From NCBI GenBank assembly GCA_046331385.1, contig JAXLQW010000001.1:3719037-3783036 (forward strand): a DNA stretch of 64,000 nt, written 5' to 3'. Position numbers and translations under genes: made by a program. The notes beneath the pieces were generated by a model. That model had not been told where the DNA came from. It saw only the letters and a list, made by a program, of their open reading frames with translations, and did no database searches. Shown piece by piece: positions 30,757 through 39,957 of the stretch; the stretch's first letter is position 1, and the number at the start of each line of letters is the position of its first letter. The DNA is from Thermoanaerobaculia bacterium (GTDB lineage: Bacteria; Acidobacteriota; Thermoanaerobaculia; Multivoradales; JAGPDF01).

Positions 30757-32256
30757 CTACTCCGCGCTTGTTGGCTGTGGCGCGAAGATGAGGATCTGCT
30801 CGGCCTGACCCGGAGCGAGATTCGGCAGTCGCGGGCGGGTGAGCCGCTGACCGGCTGCCACTCGTGCCCAGTAGCCGCGCGGCGGAACGGGAATCTGAAG
30901 GCGCCGGCAGGCCTTTGCCAGCCCCCGGCCTGACAAGCCCCATTCTCTTGCCAGCGTCTCAACCGGCTCGGTCCAGATGCGCTCGAAGAGCGCCGGCCGG
31001 TCGAGGCGGATCTCGCGGCCATCCCGGCGCCAGCCCCCGATGCGCTCCGTTCGATGCAAGATGGGCTTAGCCCGCTCCGCTTTCGGCTTCGGCCGCTCGA
31101 TCCCGAGCTTGTTGAGTGTTTCTCGGGCTCTGGAGGGTCGAACTCGGTCGAACGCACTTCGCGAGTGCGGAGTTGCTGGAATCAGGCCGACGCGCTTCAT
31201 GCGCTCTCGCATGCTCGGCGTGCGGGCGAGCTCAGTCAGCACTTCCCGTGAGCAGAAGTCCTGGGTCGCGAGGAGCTTCATCACGTCGGCGAAAACGTAG
31301 TCGCTGCACCGGAGCAGATCCCGGCGCGCGCTCGCGATCTCCTCTTTCGGGCTGGCCTGCCACCTCACGCCGGCATTGAACAGGGCGCGGAGCGCCTCGA
31401 CCGGCCGGTGTTCGCGGAAGGGCCAGTTGGCCCGCGCTAGCTGGAGAGCGACGATCCTTCCGGACTCCTTGGGAAGAGCTGAGCGCACCAGGAGGGCGAT
31501 CACTTTCTCGTTGGCCGCCGAGTAGAAGAGCTCCTCGAAGTCGTCTCTTTCGAGGTCGGGTCCCAGGCGCTCGAGGATCGCCGCATGTCCGCTGCTGCAC
31601 GCTTCCTGGATGGCGCTTCGCCTGTCGTCCTCGTCCGCCTCGTCGACTCCGTAGCCCATGTAGCTCAGGCTGGGAACTCGAGCGTGCGGGTTGGCGCCTG
31701 CCCAGAGGCAAAGCATGACGCCCTTCTCGTTTCCCTCTCCCGCATGGCGCGCGATCGCCATGTCGAGCGCGGTTTGGAGTCTCGGGTCGTCGATCCGGTG
31801 CCGCCGTGCGTAGCCGAACAGCGGCTTGTTGCTCGTGTGGTACCCGAGCGCATAGGCGACCGCGTGGCCCTCAGTGAGGTCGATGCCGAGGCTGCGGAAG
31901 CGCTCGAACAACAGCGAGTCGTAGGTCTCGAAGAGGATGTCCAGGTTCACCTCCCGAGGATCCGCCCCCCACTCCAGGAGGAGATCTAGAAGGTCGCGAC
32001 GGCGCAGCCGAAGCACCGTGTCCAGGGGACTCTGCGGCTCGAGGGTAAGGTCGTATCCGTTCGCAACGAGGAGAAAGATCAGGGCTTGGTCCTGGCGCTC
32101 CAAGGCGATCTCGAGGGCGGTCCGTTCACGGCGGCGCTCGCCGGGAGAACCAGGCGCGAGCTGAAGAGATCTGCCGGCCTGGATCCAGCGCTCAACGTCG
32201 TAGAGACGCCCCGTGCGGCAGAGCTGGTGAAGCTCCGTCAGCTCCGCTCCACTCAT
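30757..32256 (-). CDS. Ankyrin-repeat-like protein with uncharacterised C-terminal domain
   Basis: Start chosen at internal MSGAELTELHQL. The track ORF extends to 32814 through a low-complexity N-extension. ANK-like repeats (TALEIALERQDQALIFLLVANGYDL, TALDMAIARHAGEGNEKGVMLCLWAGANP). C-terminal ...LAREWGLSGRGLAKACRRLQIPVPPRGYWAR. Confidence 0.5.
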   Translation of the reverse strand: MSGAELTELHQLCRTGRLYDVERWIQAGRSLQLAPGSPGERRRERTALEIALERQDQALIFLLVANGYDLTLEPQSPLDTVLRLRRRDLLDLLLEWGADPREVNLDILFETYDSLLFERFRSLGIDLTEGHAVAYALGYHTSNKPLFGYARRHRIDDPRLQTALDMAIARHAGEGNEKGVMLCLWAGANPHARVPSLSYMGYGVDEADEDDRRSAIQEACSSGHAAILERLGPDLERDDFEELFYSAANEKVIALLVRSALPKESGRIVALQLARANWPFREHRPVEALRALFNAGVRWQASPKEEIASARRDLLRCSDYVFADVMKLLATQDFCSREVLTELARTPSMRERMKRVGLIPATPHSRSAFDRVRPSRARETLNKLGIERPKPKAERAKPILHRTERIGGWRRDGREIRLDRPALFERIWTEPVETLAREWGLSGRGLAKACRRLQIPVPPRGYWARVAAGQRLTRPRLPNLAPGQAEQILIFAPQPTSAE

Positions 32257-32372
32257 CGCGAGGCGCGCGGCAGGGCGGGGTGCCCGAGGAGAGGGGTTCG
32301 CTCTCGGATCGACGAACGCAGTGCAGGTGCTCGTCGTCAAGGTCGCCACCGGACCCGCGGCCGACTCGAGGC

Positions 32373-32921
32373 TCACAGGTCTTTCGAGGCCTCGGATTCG
32401 CCCGAAGGCTGTGGTGCTTCGGAAAGCAGATGGCGCGCTTCCCGGGATTCGACTACTTCTAGGTGCAATCGCCAGCGACCCAGGGGGTCGCCGCCCACCA
32501 CTAGAATCACAGGCTGGCGGCAGTGGTAGTGCGGTGAGTCGGCGATCTCCTCCATCTGACGAACGTCCCGGATGCTCGGCGACGGATCCGCATGGGGATG
32601 GAAATGCCACTCGCCGAGATAGTGGCCTGATCGACGAGCCCAGAGCTGGGCCAGCCACGCCTGAAGCCCCCTGACCCCTCGCACGAAGTGCGTCCGACCG
32701 CTCTTGCCGTCGGCCGGGGCCGTCGAGGCGCCCGTGATACGGGCAGTGCGCAGATCCGGTGAGTACTTTCCAACCAAGATGCCACCAGTTTCGTGGTCGC
32801 CAGCACTCGCGCATGCGTCGAGAATGAGCGCGAGAGCAGCTGGCTCTAGGTGAACACCAAATCTGCCGTCCTGCGACCTGCGATCAATGGGGACGATCGG
32901 GGTTCGCATCGACCTCGGCAT
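32373..32921 (-). CDS. cap3: CBASS Cap3-like JAB/JAMM metalloisopeptidase
   Basis: JAMM motif HFHPHADPSPSIRD (HxHx7SxxD) plus an upstream Glu. Overlaps the Cap2 3' end. Confidence 0.8.
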   Translation of the reverse strand: MPRSMRTPIVPIDRRSQDGRFGVHLEPAALALILDACASAGDHETGGILVGKYSPDLRTARITGASTAPADGKSGRTHFVRGVRGLQAWLAQLWARRSGHYLGEWHFHPHADPSPSIRDVRQMEEIADSPHYHCRQPVILVVGGDPLGRWRLHLEVVESREARHLLSEAPQPSGESEASKDL

Positions 32922-34680
32922 CTTGCGCGTCGCCAGAAAGTTGAATCACCTTGAGCTCGGATCCCACGCTGGGTCCCTCGCACCAGCGCTCGATCGCCCC
33001 CACGGCGCGACACGCGGTCGCCCAGACGCGGTCCGTGCGTGCTGGGAACACGGGATGCCAGCAACCAATCCCTTCCCAGGGGAAGTTGGAGTCTGGGTAT
33101 TCAACTTCATCCTGCTTCAGGTGCGAAGAGAGTGCAGCCCAATAGTCATCAGCAGGGAACCGTCGTCCGGTGCTTGTGAACAGGTAGGCGCGAATGGCGC
33201 CGCGGCCCAGCGAGACCGACGCAAATACCACGGGCGCTTCGAGTTCGCGCACCGAGAGAAGATGGAGGACTTCGTCTTCTCCGGTGCAGTCGACCACGAG
33301 ACCCAGATCGGCAGGAAACGCTGTTGGATCCGTGGTTTGCAGGGTCGTAGGTAGCGCGGTCACATTGGCGTGAGGCGAAATCCGATTCAGCCGCGAGGCC
33401 AGCGCACTAGCCTTCGGCTTGTCCACTTCATCCAACGTGAGAGTGTGGCGTGCGAGATTGCCGGCTTCGAGGCTGTCCCCATCCAACACGCTGACGTCGA
33501 AGACGCCTCCTCTCACCAATAGCTCTGCGATTGCGGAGCCCAACGCTCCAGCACCTATCAGCAGAACCCGTCGGCGGCGAAGCTGAGGCCCAAGCTGCCC
33601 TCTTGTCGCTAGCTGGTCAACTGCCCAGTTCGCAGCTGAGAGCCACGCGATTTTCCGACCGTCGGCCAGCACGACTTGTCGGTCGTGCTTCCAGAAGGAT
33701 GTCTCTTTGTTCCGGAAGCCGTTGACGCTGTCGGTTGACAGGCCATCCAACAGCGCCGGCTGCCAGTGGAGTCGCACCCCTTCCCCGCCGACCACTTTCG
33801 GGACCGGAAATCCGACGAGCACGATTGCTGCCTTCTTGCCGCGCATTGCTCGAATCGCCGTACGGAGCAACTCGTCGACGTGGGCGCCGGCCTTGCTGGC
33901 TACTTCGCGCAATTCCCCCCATTTCATGGGTGCGCCGTAGGGACCGAGAATGGGGATCTCGGGAAGCCGAATCCAAGCCGCCATTCGAGTGACGCCCCTT
34001 GCCGCGAGGTACTTGCCCCATGGAGGGGCGACAAGCTCCTTCTGCGCCAACGTTAGGAATCGCTTCGCGACATAGGGGAAGGGCTCACCCAGAGCAGTGA
34101 GCTCGGCGATCCCGCACTGGTCCGGGATCTGAGTCCAGGATGAGTAGGTGGTCTCGTCCTCGGCAAAGGCGACGGTGCCGCCTGACGTCCGGAACTGCGG
34201 AAGCTCGAACGCGTCTCCGTCTCGGACGAGCGTGCCGGCTGCCGCATTCTCCGCCCAGCCCTTTAGGCGGGCTGCGTACCAGACCAACCGCGAAGGTTCG
34301 CCCTTGGGGTCGGGGTCTCCACCCGCCCTACCAAAGACAAACGACGGCGACTTGACGCAAACGTCACCGTCACGCCAGGGAACCTTCCCATCCCCCGCAG
34401 CATTGTGGTCTTGGTGCGGATAGGTCTCGACGATGCCGCCTTCTGCGGCTGGGTAGATTTCGATCTCGCCCCACGGATAGGCGGAAGACGTGACGAGGTA
34501 CCACCTGCTTTCGACTGGGAAGCCACCTCCGGAGTCCCGCGCGAGCGTGATGTTCACGGGAATTGCCCACTTTGAGCCAGAAGCGTCAGACAGCGTCTCA
34601 CCCGAGATCCGAATGCCACCGATCTGATCGAGCTCTCGGCGCGCGACCCGAAGCGCCTCCGGCATCGAAAGCGGAGGCAC
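32884..34680 (-). CDS. cap2: CBASS Cap2-like E2/E1 fusion (ubiquitin-conjugation-like)
   Basis: 598 aa. N-terminal E2-like region with HxN...C (YPHQDHNAAGDGKVPWRDGDVCVK). C-terminal ThiF/E1 Rossmann (VLLIGAGALGSAIAELLVRGGV...DGDSLEAGNLARH). Confidence 0.8.
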   Translation of the reverse strand: MPPLSMPEALRVARRELDQIGGIRISGETLSDASGSKWAIPVNITLARDSGGGFPVESRWYLVTSSAYPWGEIEIYPAAEGGIVETYPHQDHNAAGDGKVPWRDGDVCVKSPSFVFGRAGGDPDPKGEPSRLVWYAARLKGWAENAAAGTLVRDGDAFELPQFRTSGGTVAFAEDETTYSSWTQIPDQCGIAELTALGEPFPYVAKRFLTLAQKELVAPPWGKYLAARGVTRMAAWIRLPEIPILGPYGAPMKWGELREVASKAGAHVDELLRTAIRAMRGKKAAIVLVGFPVPKVVGGEGVRLHWQPALLDGLSTDSVNGFRNKETSFWKHDRQVVLADGRKIAWLSAANWAVDQLATRGQLGPQLRRRRVLLIGAGALGSAIAELLVRGGVFDVSVLDGDSLEAGNLARHTLTLDEVDKPKASALASRLNRISPHANVTALPTTLQTTDPTAFPADLGLVVDCTGEDEVLHLLSVRELEAPVVFASVSLGRGAIRAYLFTSTGRRFPADDYWAALSSHLKQDEVEYPDSNFPWEGIGCWHPVFPARTDRVWATACRAVGAIERWCEGPSVGSELKVIQLSGDAQDAEVDANPDRPH

Positions 34681-35798
34681 TAGGCGAATCGGCCTTCCCG
34701 CGGTCGTGCTGGGGCGCTTGGCTGTGTGAAGCCTCCCAAGAACGCGCTGGTCTTGCTCGGTGGCTCAGGGAACTCTGGTCCCAGGAGCTGCCGCCACAGT
34801 TTGGAGCTCTCGTCGATGGTCGCCGCTTCGAGCGCTCGCTTCGCGAGGTCGCTAGCCACGACGAGCTTCTCGTGAAATCCGGCGAAGTCGTCACCACTCA
34901 CGCGCCTCATGACGTCAACGAGGGGATCGCGAACGCCTCGCGCAGGTAGGAAGGGAGTCTCTCTCCTCCTGGCGTAGGGAGCGTACCGCCGTTCCATCTC
35001 CTCGAGTGTCCCTGAGAGTCCGGCCGCAACGCTGTCGATACCGTCGGCGCAGCACTCTCCGACGAGGTGTTCGAGCGTGTACCCCTTCGGGTACTTCGGC
35101 AGGGGTGCAATCTCGCGCCGCCACCACTTCGTCGCGCGTGCAACGTGAATGAAGTGACCACCAGTCGCCTCGTTCTTGCGAGCCGTCCAGCCGATCAAGA
35201 AGAGTGGATGGGTTTTTTCCCAAACCTGGAGAGTCCGGTCCGGGATCCACAAGGGCTCGGACTTGTCGAAATCGCGATCCGCCCGTGCCGACTCGAGCAC
35301 AGCTGCACTCAAGGTTCGGAACTGAGCGCCACCGGCCTGAGGTGAGCCCGGCTGAGCGTCCCAGTCGCGCAGGGCTTTGGTCTGCAGGGCCTCGCGCAGC
35401 TCTCGGCTGTCCGGTTCGGAAGTGGGTACGAGGTCGATCGTGACCTCTGGGTCAACGGTAATGCACCACGAGCGATCCTGGGCTTCGTAGCGCCCGGCGT
35501 AGTGGCGCTCCAGGAACGGCTGGAACAGATGGTGGGCGTAGGCGGCGGTGTAGGTGCTTCGCGGAAGGTTGGTCACGGCCACGACATCGACGTCGCATTG
35601 ATGCTGAGTGCTCCCGCGATTGGCGGTGAACCGCCGCTGACTCCCTTGAATGAAGGTAGCGAGCAGGACAGGCCGAAGGTGTGGATCCTCCATGAGTCGT
35701 TCGCGGAGCCGCTTGTGCTCGGCGATCATCACTTCCTTCTGGCGAGGAGTTGGCGCGGTGTTCTGCAGGAAGTCCTCGAAGTAAGTAGGAAGTTCCAT
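34680..35798 (-). CDS. cdnX: cGAS/DncV-like nucleotidyltransferase (CD-NTase, SMODS domain)
   Basis: 372 aa. GS...[DE]h[DE]h active site (GSQRRFTANRGSTQHQCDVDVVAV). 1-nt overlap with cap2. Confidence 0.8.
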   Translation of the reverse strand: MELPTYFEDFLQNTAPTPRQKEVMIAEHKRLRERLMEDPHLRPVLLATFIQGSQRRFTANRGSTQHQCDVDVVAVTNLPRSTYTAAYAHHLFQPFLERHYAGRYEAQDRSWCITVDPEVTIDLVPTSEPDSRELREALQTKALRDWDAQPGSPQAGGAQFRTLSAAVLESARADRDFDKSEPLWIPDRTLQVWEKTHPLFLIGWTARKNEATGGHFIHVARATKWWRREIAPLPKYPKGYTLEHLVGECCADGIDSVAAGLSGTLEEMERRYAPYARRRETPFLPARGVRDPLVDVMRRVSGDDFAGFHEKLVVASDLAKRALEAATIDESSKLWRQLLGPEFPEPPSKTSAFLGGFTQPSAPARPREGRFA

Positions 35799-35812
35799 AG
35801 GTTGTATCTCCG

Positions 35813-37111
35813 TCAGCGAGCCACTGTTGGATCGGTCAACAGGGCCGCTGCTCGATACGACCCCACTCCCTCTTGCTGCTCGTGCTCATAGGTTTGAACA
35901 GGTCCCAGTGCGTTGAGCAGTCTCCCCACGAGGACCGCGAGGCCGGTCGGGCCTGCGAGGAACAAGTGGGTGCGCTGGATGGTTCTGAGATCGCGCTTGG
36001 CATCCCGAATCGCGGAGACGACAAGCTGTGCCAGGTGGCTTGCTTGGCTGCCCACGAGGTCACGTCGCGCCGCGCCGTCACTGGGCCGCACTCGGAGCAA
36101 TGCTCGAAACGCCGGGAGGTCGCGGGTGGCGACCACTGCCGGCTCTACATCGCCCGTTACGGAGACCAAGACCGCCAAGTCATCGGAGTCGCGGTCATCG
36201 GCACGAAGGTCCGACACGAATCCAGACTCATCCGGCCGGGAGGAGTAGCTCCAGATCTCGGTAGAGGGCTTCTGGAGCCACGCAATTGGTGTGTCGGTCA
36301 CTTCGCGGAAAGCCCGGCCCAGCGCCAAGCAAGCCGCGAGGGTGGCTCTGCCCTCCGCCAGCACCCCTCTACCCGGCGCCGAAGATCTCACTGCGTCGAG
36401 CACGACCGAGAGTGCCGGCAGCAGCCGATCCCTCCAAAGGTCAGCGGCTGCGAAGCGATGGCTGAAGTGCCTGGCCCAGTTCAACTGAAGGGCGAAGCCA
36501 GGTCTGGGGGCTTCGCCCGCCTCACCGTGGGCGTTGAGGAGAAGGCGGATTGGTTCCCCCGAAGGCAGGCGCGCGTGGATCTTGGCCAGGCGTCGCCTCA
36601 GAAGAACTCCAGCCACCCGGCGTGCTTCGTCATGCGAGATGCGCAGGACCTGTCCTCCGCCGGCTGCGGTCGTCAGTGTGGAGACCGCCTGCTGGAGATT
36701 CCAGGCTCGATAGAGGTCGGTGTGGACTCCCGCCGGCCGGAATAGATCTGTCGCCCTGCCGTGAGGAAGATTGTCGGCGAGCCAGGCTTCGACAATGAAG
36801 TCGGGGTCCCGATCACTCCTTGCCGCGACGAGCGGTGCCTCGAGCTTCGAGATGGTCGCCGAGGTTGCGAAGTCCTCGCTGATCCAGACGACGCAGCCTG
36901 CCGTCTCAGGTGAGCTGAGCGCCCTCGTGATGGCTGGTTCAAGAGGCTCGGAGTCGAGATTCCGCACGTCCTGCCAGGGCGGGACTCCGACGTCCAGCAT
37001 GGCTTCGACAATCTTTCCCACGTCGTCGACATGAGATCGCCGGTAGCTGATGAAGCACCGACCTGTGAGATCGGTCTGGGTGCCTTCGGCGTGCCCTCGG
37101 TCGGTCGTCAC
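35813..37111 (-). CDS. CBASS effector: TIR domain fused to SAVED (cyclic-oligonucleotide sensor) domain
   Basis: N-terminal TIR (CFISYRRSHVDDVGKIVEAMLDVGVPPWQDVRNL; WISEDF). C-terminal SAVED hallmarks (...THLFLAGPTGLAVLVGRLLNALGPVQTYEH). Confidence 0.75.
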   Translation of the reverse strand: MTTDRGHAEGTQTDLTGRCFISYRRSHVDDVGKIVEAMLDVGVPPWQDVRNLDSEPLEPAITRALSSPETAGCVVWISEDFATSATISKLEAPLVAARSDRDPDFIVEAWLADNLPHGRATDLFRPAGVHTDLYRAWNLQQAVSTLTTAAGGGQVLRISHDEARRVAGVLLRRRLAKIHARLPSGEPIRLLLNAHGEAGEAPRPGFALQLNWARHFSHRFAAADLWRDRLLPALSVVLDAVRSSAPGRGVLAEGRATLAACLALGRAFREVTDTPIAWLQKPSTEIWSYSSRPDESGFVSDLRADDRDSDDLAVLVSVTGDVEPAVVATRDLPAFRALLRVRPSDGAARRDLVGSQASHLAQLVVSAIRDAKRDLRTIQRTHLFLAGPTGLAVLVGRLLNALGPVQTYEHEQQEGVGSYRAAALLTDPTVAR

Positions 37112-37114
37112 CGC

Positions 37115-37759
37115 TCACTCTTGACTGGGGATCGTTGCCACGACGACTCCCTGGACGCGAAAGTCGGGGCCGACCACGATCGGTCGGTGCACGGGGTTCG
37201 TCGATAGCGGTTCGAGCAGGATCGCGTCTCGCCCGACGCGCAGGCGCTTCACGGTCGCACTGTCGTCGATGAGTGCCACGACATGCTCACCAGGTTCCGC
37301 CGTGTCCTGTTGCCGGACGAGGACAAGGTCGCCATCTTGGATCCCGGCGCGGTCCATAGAGTCGCCCCGAACCCGGAGGATGAAGTAGCTCCAGCGCCCG
37401 CGCGCGAGACTTGTGGAGACGGGTATGTAGCTCTCGACATTCTCAGCAGCGAGGATCGGCTGGCCGGCGGCGACCTGACCGATTACAGGCACCGACACCG
37501 TGTCGGTACGATCGGTCAGTGCCGCGCCGGTGGAGCGCCGCAGGACCCGGACGTTGCGTGCCCCCGCCGCGCGATCTATGTATCCGGCTTGTTGGAGAGC
37601 ATCGAGGAACTGCGCGACGCTGCGAGGCGAGCGGAACCCTCCCAGAGCCTGCATCTCGCGGACGCTCGGCGGCACGCCCTCACGAGCTTGGTACTGGACG
37701 AGTCGCTCGAGGAAGAGCAACTGCTTGGGCGTGAGTCGGCCGGGGCGCTCTTCTCCCAT
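37115..37759 (-). CDS. lexA: LexA-like repressor (HTH plus S24 peptidase)
   Basis: 214 aa. LexA N-terminal DNA-binding domain (LTPKQLLFLERLVQYQAREGVPPSVREMQ). Cleavage-region AAG. Catalytic Ser (RVRGDSM) and Lys (ATVKRL). 4-nt gap to the TIR-SAVED start. Confidence 0.85.
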   Translation of the reverse strand: MGEERPGRLTPKQLLFLERLVQYQAREGVPPSVREMQALGGFRSPRSVAQFLDALQQAGYIDRAAGARNVRVLRRSTGAALTDRTDTVSVPVIGQVAAGQPILAAENVESYIPVSTSLARGRWSYFILRVRGDSMDRAGIQDGDLVLVRQQDTAEPGEHVVALIDDSATVKRLRVGRDAILLEPLSTNPVHRPIVVGPDFRVQGVVVATIPSQE

Positions 37760-37819
37760 GGAGCGGAATTATACACAAATGCGCCGGGATTGGCCGATGG
37801 TCGGTCGCAGCAGGCCCGG

Positions 37820-37990
37820 CACCGATGAAACTGTGACGGCCGAGGCCCGCTGGTTGGTTCAAGAACCCTGCGGATCTCGCGGCCTTTTCCAGATGAAACG
37901 GTGACGCCCCCACCGAGGAAACTGTGACGCCAGGCGCCCTGCCACCGATGAATCGGTGACGCCGGACCGATGATTCGGTGACGCGACCTG
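37820..37990. promoter_or_regulatory. Five direct repeats of ~17 nt (GATGAAACTGTGACGSC-like) in the lexA-ardC divergent intergenic region
   Basis: Copies begin near 37824, 37892, 37917, 37947, 37969. One further copy at ~30729 (AGATGAAACTGTGACGGGC). Not palindromic. Confidence 0.5.
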
Positions 37991-38322
37991 GGTGCAAGTC
38001 CTTCACTCACCGGCACCTGCGCCACCCCCCTGTAGTTCCCTTTAGATACTCCTCTAGCTCTCCTCGTAGCAGCGCGGCGGTTGCTGCGGAAAAGCCGAAG
38101 ATCCGGGCTCCGCGAAACCAGGGATCCGCCTGACGCTGCGCTCTCCCCCTCAACGCACGACCAGTCTCATCAGCCGCTGCGGGGCGTCAAGGCCGAGCCC
38201 TCCGGGTGGCCTGCGGCCAGCCTTGACGCTTCCTCGCGGCCGGACTGGCTCTTCAGGTGCGTTGAGGGGAAGCCCTCAGGTTCTCGGAATCCACCGAGAA
38301 CGGCACCGAGAGGAGAGCGGCG

Positions 38323-39255
38323 ATGTCGAAGGTCTACGAGGTGATCACCGGTCAGATCGTGGAGCAGTTGGAGCGCGGGGTGGTTCCGTGGGCGCGGCCT
38401 TGGAAGGTGGATGGGCTGACGCCGTCGAACTTGGTCTCGCGGCGGCCGTATCGCGGGATCAACGTCTTTCTCCTCGGCTTCCGGGCGGCGTCGACGCCGT
38501 GGTGGCTCACGTTCCGCCAGGCAAAGGCGCTGGGTGGCAGCGTGCGCGCGGGTGAGCGGTCGACGCCGGTGATCTTCTGGCGCTGGGTCGACCGGGCCGA
38601 GCGCGGGATCGACGAAACGTCCTCCGGCAGCGAGCGACGGCGCGAGCGCCTGCCGGTGCTGCGCTACTACTCGGTGTTCAACCTCGACCAGACCGAGGGA
38701 ATCGACCTGGCGAAGGTTCCCGCAGTCGATCCTTCGGCGATCGACGACGTACCGACCGCCGAGGAGATCGTCGCTCGGTTCCCGGATCCGCCGGCGATCG
38801 AGCACCTGGCGCAACCCCGCGCCTTCTACCGCCCGTCGACGGACAGCGTGACGATGCCGCCGCGTAGCGCGTTCGAGCGGACCGAGGGTTACTACTCCAC
38901 GCTGTTCCACGAGCTCACGCACGCAACCGGCCACGCCAAGCGGCTGGCGCGGCCCGGCTTCGACAAGAACCACGCCTCGCCGTTCGGCTCCGAGCCTTAC
39001 GCGCGTGAGGAACTGGTGGCGGAGTTGGGCGCCGCGTTCTTGTGTGGCGAGGCCGGCCTCGAGCCCGACATCTCGAACTCCGCGGCCTACATCGATCACT
39101 GGCGCCAGCAGCTCTCGCGCGACTCGCGGTTGGTGATCACCGCCGCGCAGCAGGCGCAGCGGGCGGCCGACTTCATCCTCGGCCGCATCGCACGGTCCGC
39201 CGAAGACTCGGAATCCCACTCGGTGGAGGGGAGCCCTGAGGAAGAAGCAGCTTGA
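38323..39255 (+). CDS. ardC: ArdC-like antirestriction protein (ssDNA-binding DUF1738 N-domain plus zincin-like metalloprotease C-domain)
   Basis: N-terminal WARPWK...RRPYRGINVFLL motif. C-terminal HExxH (FHELTHATGH). Confidence 0.85.
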   Translation: MSKVYEVITGQIVEQLERGVVPWARPWKVDGLTPSNLVSRRPYRGINVFLLGFRAASTPWWLTFRQAKALGGSVRAGERSTPVIFWRWVDRAERGIDETSSGSERRRERLPVLRYYSVFNLDQTEGIDLAKVPAVDPSAIDDVPTAEEIVARFPDPPAIEHLAQPRAFYRPSTDSVTMPPRSAFERTEGYYSTLFHELTHATGHAKRLARPGFDKNHASPFGSEPYAREELVAELGAAFLCGEAGLEPDISNSAAYIDHWRQQLSRDSRLVITAAQQAQRAADFILGRIARSAEDSESHSVEGSPEEEAA

Positions 39256-39328
39256 CTCTGCGTCACCAGGCCCGGTAGCGTCCGCGTGTCAACAAGCGTT
39301 GATATCAGAGACCGAAAGGAGATCTCCC

Positions 39329-39676
39329 ATGCTGAACAAGGTGCAACTCATCGGCCACGTCGGGCAGGACCCCGAGATTCGCGAGACGCCGCAGGGCACC
39401 AAGGTTGCCGACCTTCGCCTGGCTACGAGCCGTTACTGGCGCGACGGCGAAGGCAACCGCCAGGAGGAGACGGAGTGGCACCGCGTCGTTTTCTGGGGCA
39501 AGACCGCTGAGAACGTGGCATCGGTGCTCGCCAAGGGGCGGCTGGTCTACGTGGAGGGCCGGATTCAGACGCGGTCCTGGGAGGACGAGAGCGGCAAGCA
39601 CTTCCGCACCGAGGTGATCGCGGAGAGTTGGCAGGCGTTGACCCGGGCCGCGGGCTCGGCAGAAGCCGCAGCGTAA
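39329..39676 (+). CDS. ssb: Single-stranded DNA-binding protein
   Basis: OB-fold SSB signature MLNKVQLIGHVGQDPEIRETPQGTKVADLRLATSRYWRDGEGNRQEETEWHRVVFWGKTAENVASVLAKGRLVYVEGRIQTRSWED. RBS AAGGAGA upstream. Confidence 0.85.
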   Translation: MLNKVQLIGHVGQDPEIRETPQGTKVADLRLATSRYWRDGEGNRQEETEWHRVVFWGKTAENVASVLAKGRLVYVEGRIQTRSWEDESGKHFRTEVIAESWQALTRAAGSAEAAA

Positions 39677-39957
39677 GCACCGAAGCGACAGGGCTGCTGG
39701 TCCCTTTCAGAGGACCAAGGCCGCGATCCCATTCCTTCTCGACCGCCGAGTCGGGAGAACTCTCGCCAGGAGGCGCAATGTGCGACAACGATCGAAGCTA
39801 TTCAGTGACGGTGGGGCTCGAGCGGTCGGCCGAGTCCTGCTCATTCTCTTCGCCCTACCACTCGTCATCCTTGCGGCAGTCGCCGGCGGGGCGATGTCGG
39901 GACTCCGAGCTCGGCCGCGGTTCTGAAGGGCGGTCGGCTGCGAGCGGTTCGTTCGCG

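Noticed and set aside
37760-38322. Classical LexA (SOS) box in the lexA-ardC intergenic region
   Set aside because: Could not identify a palindromic motif matching known LexA box classes by eye. Only non-palindromic direct repeats are evident, so no SOS box is claimed.
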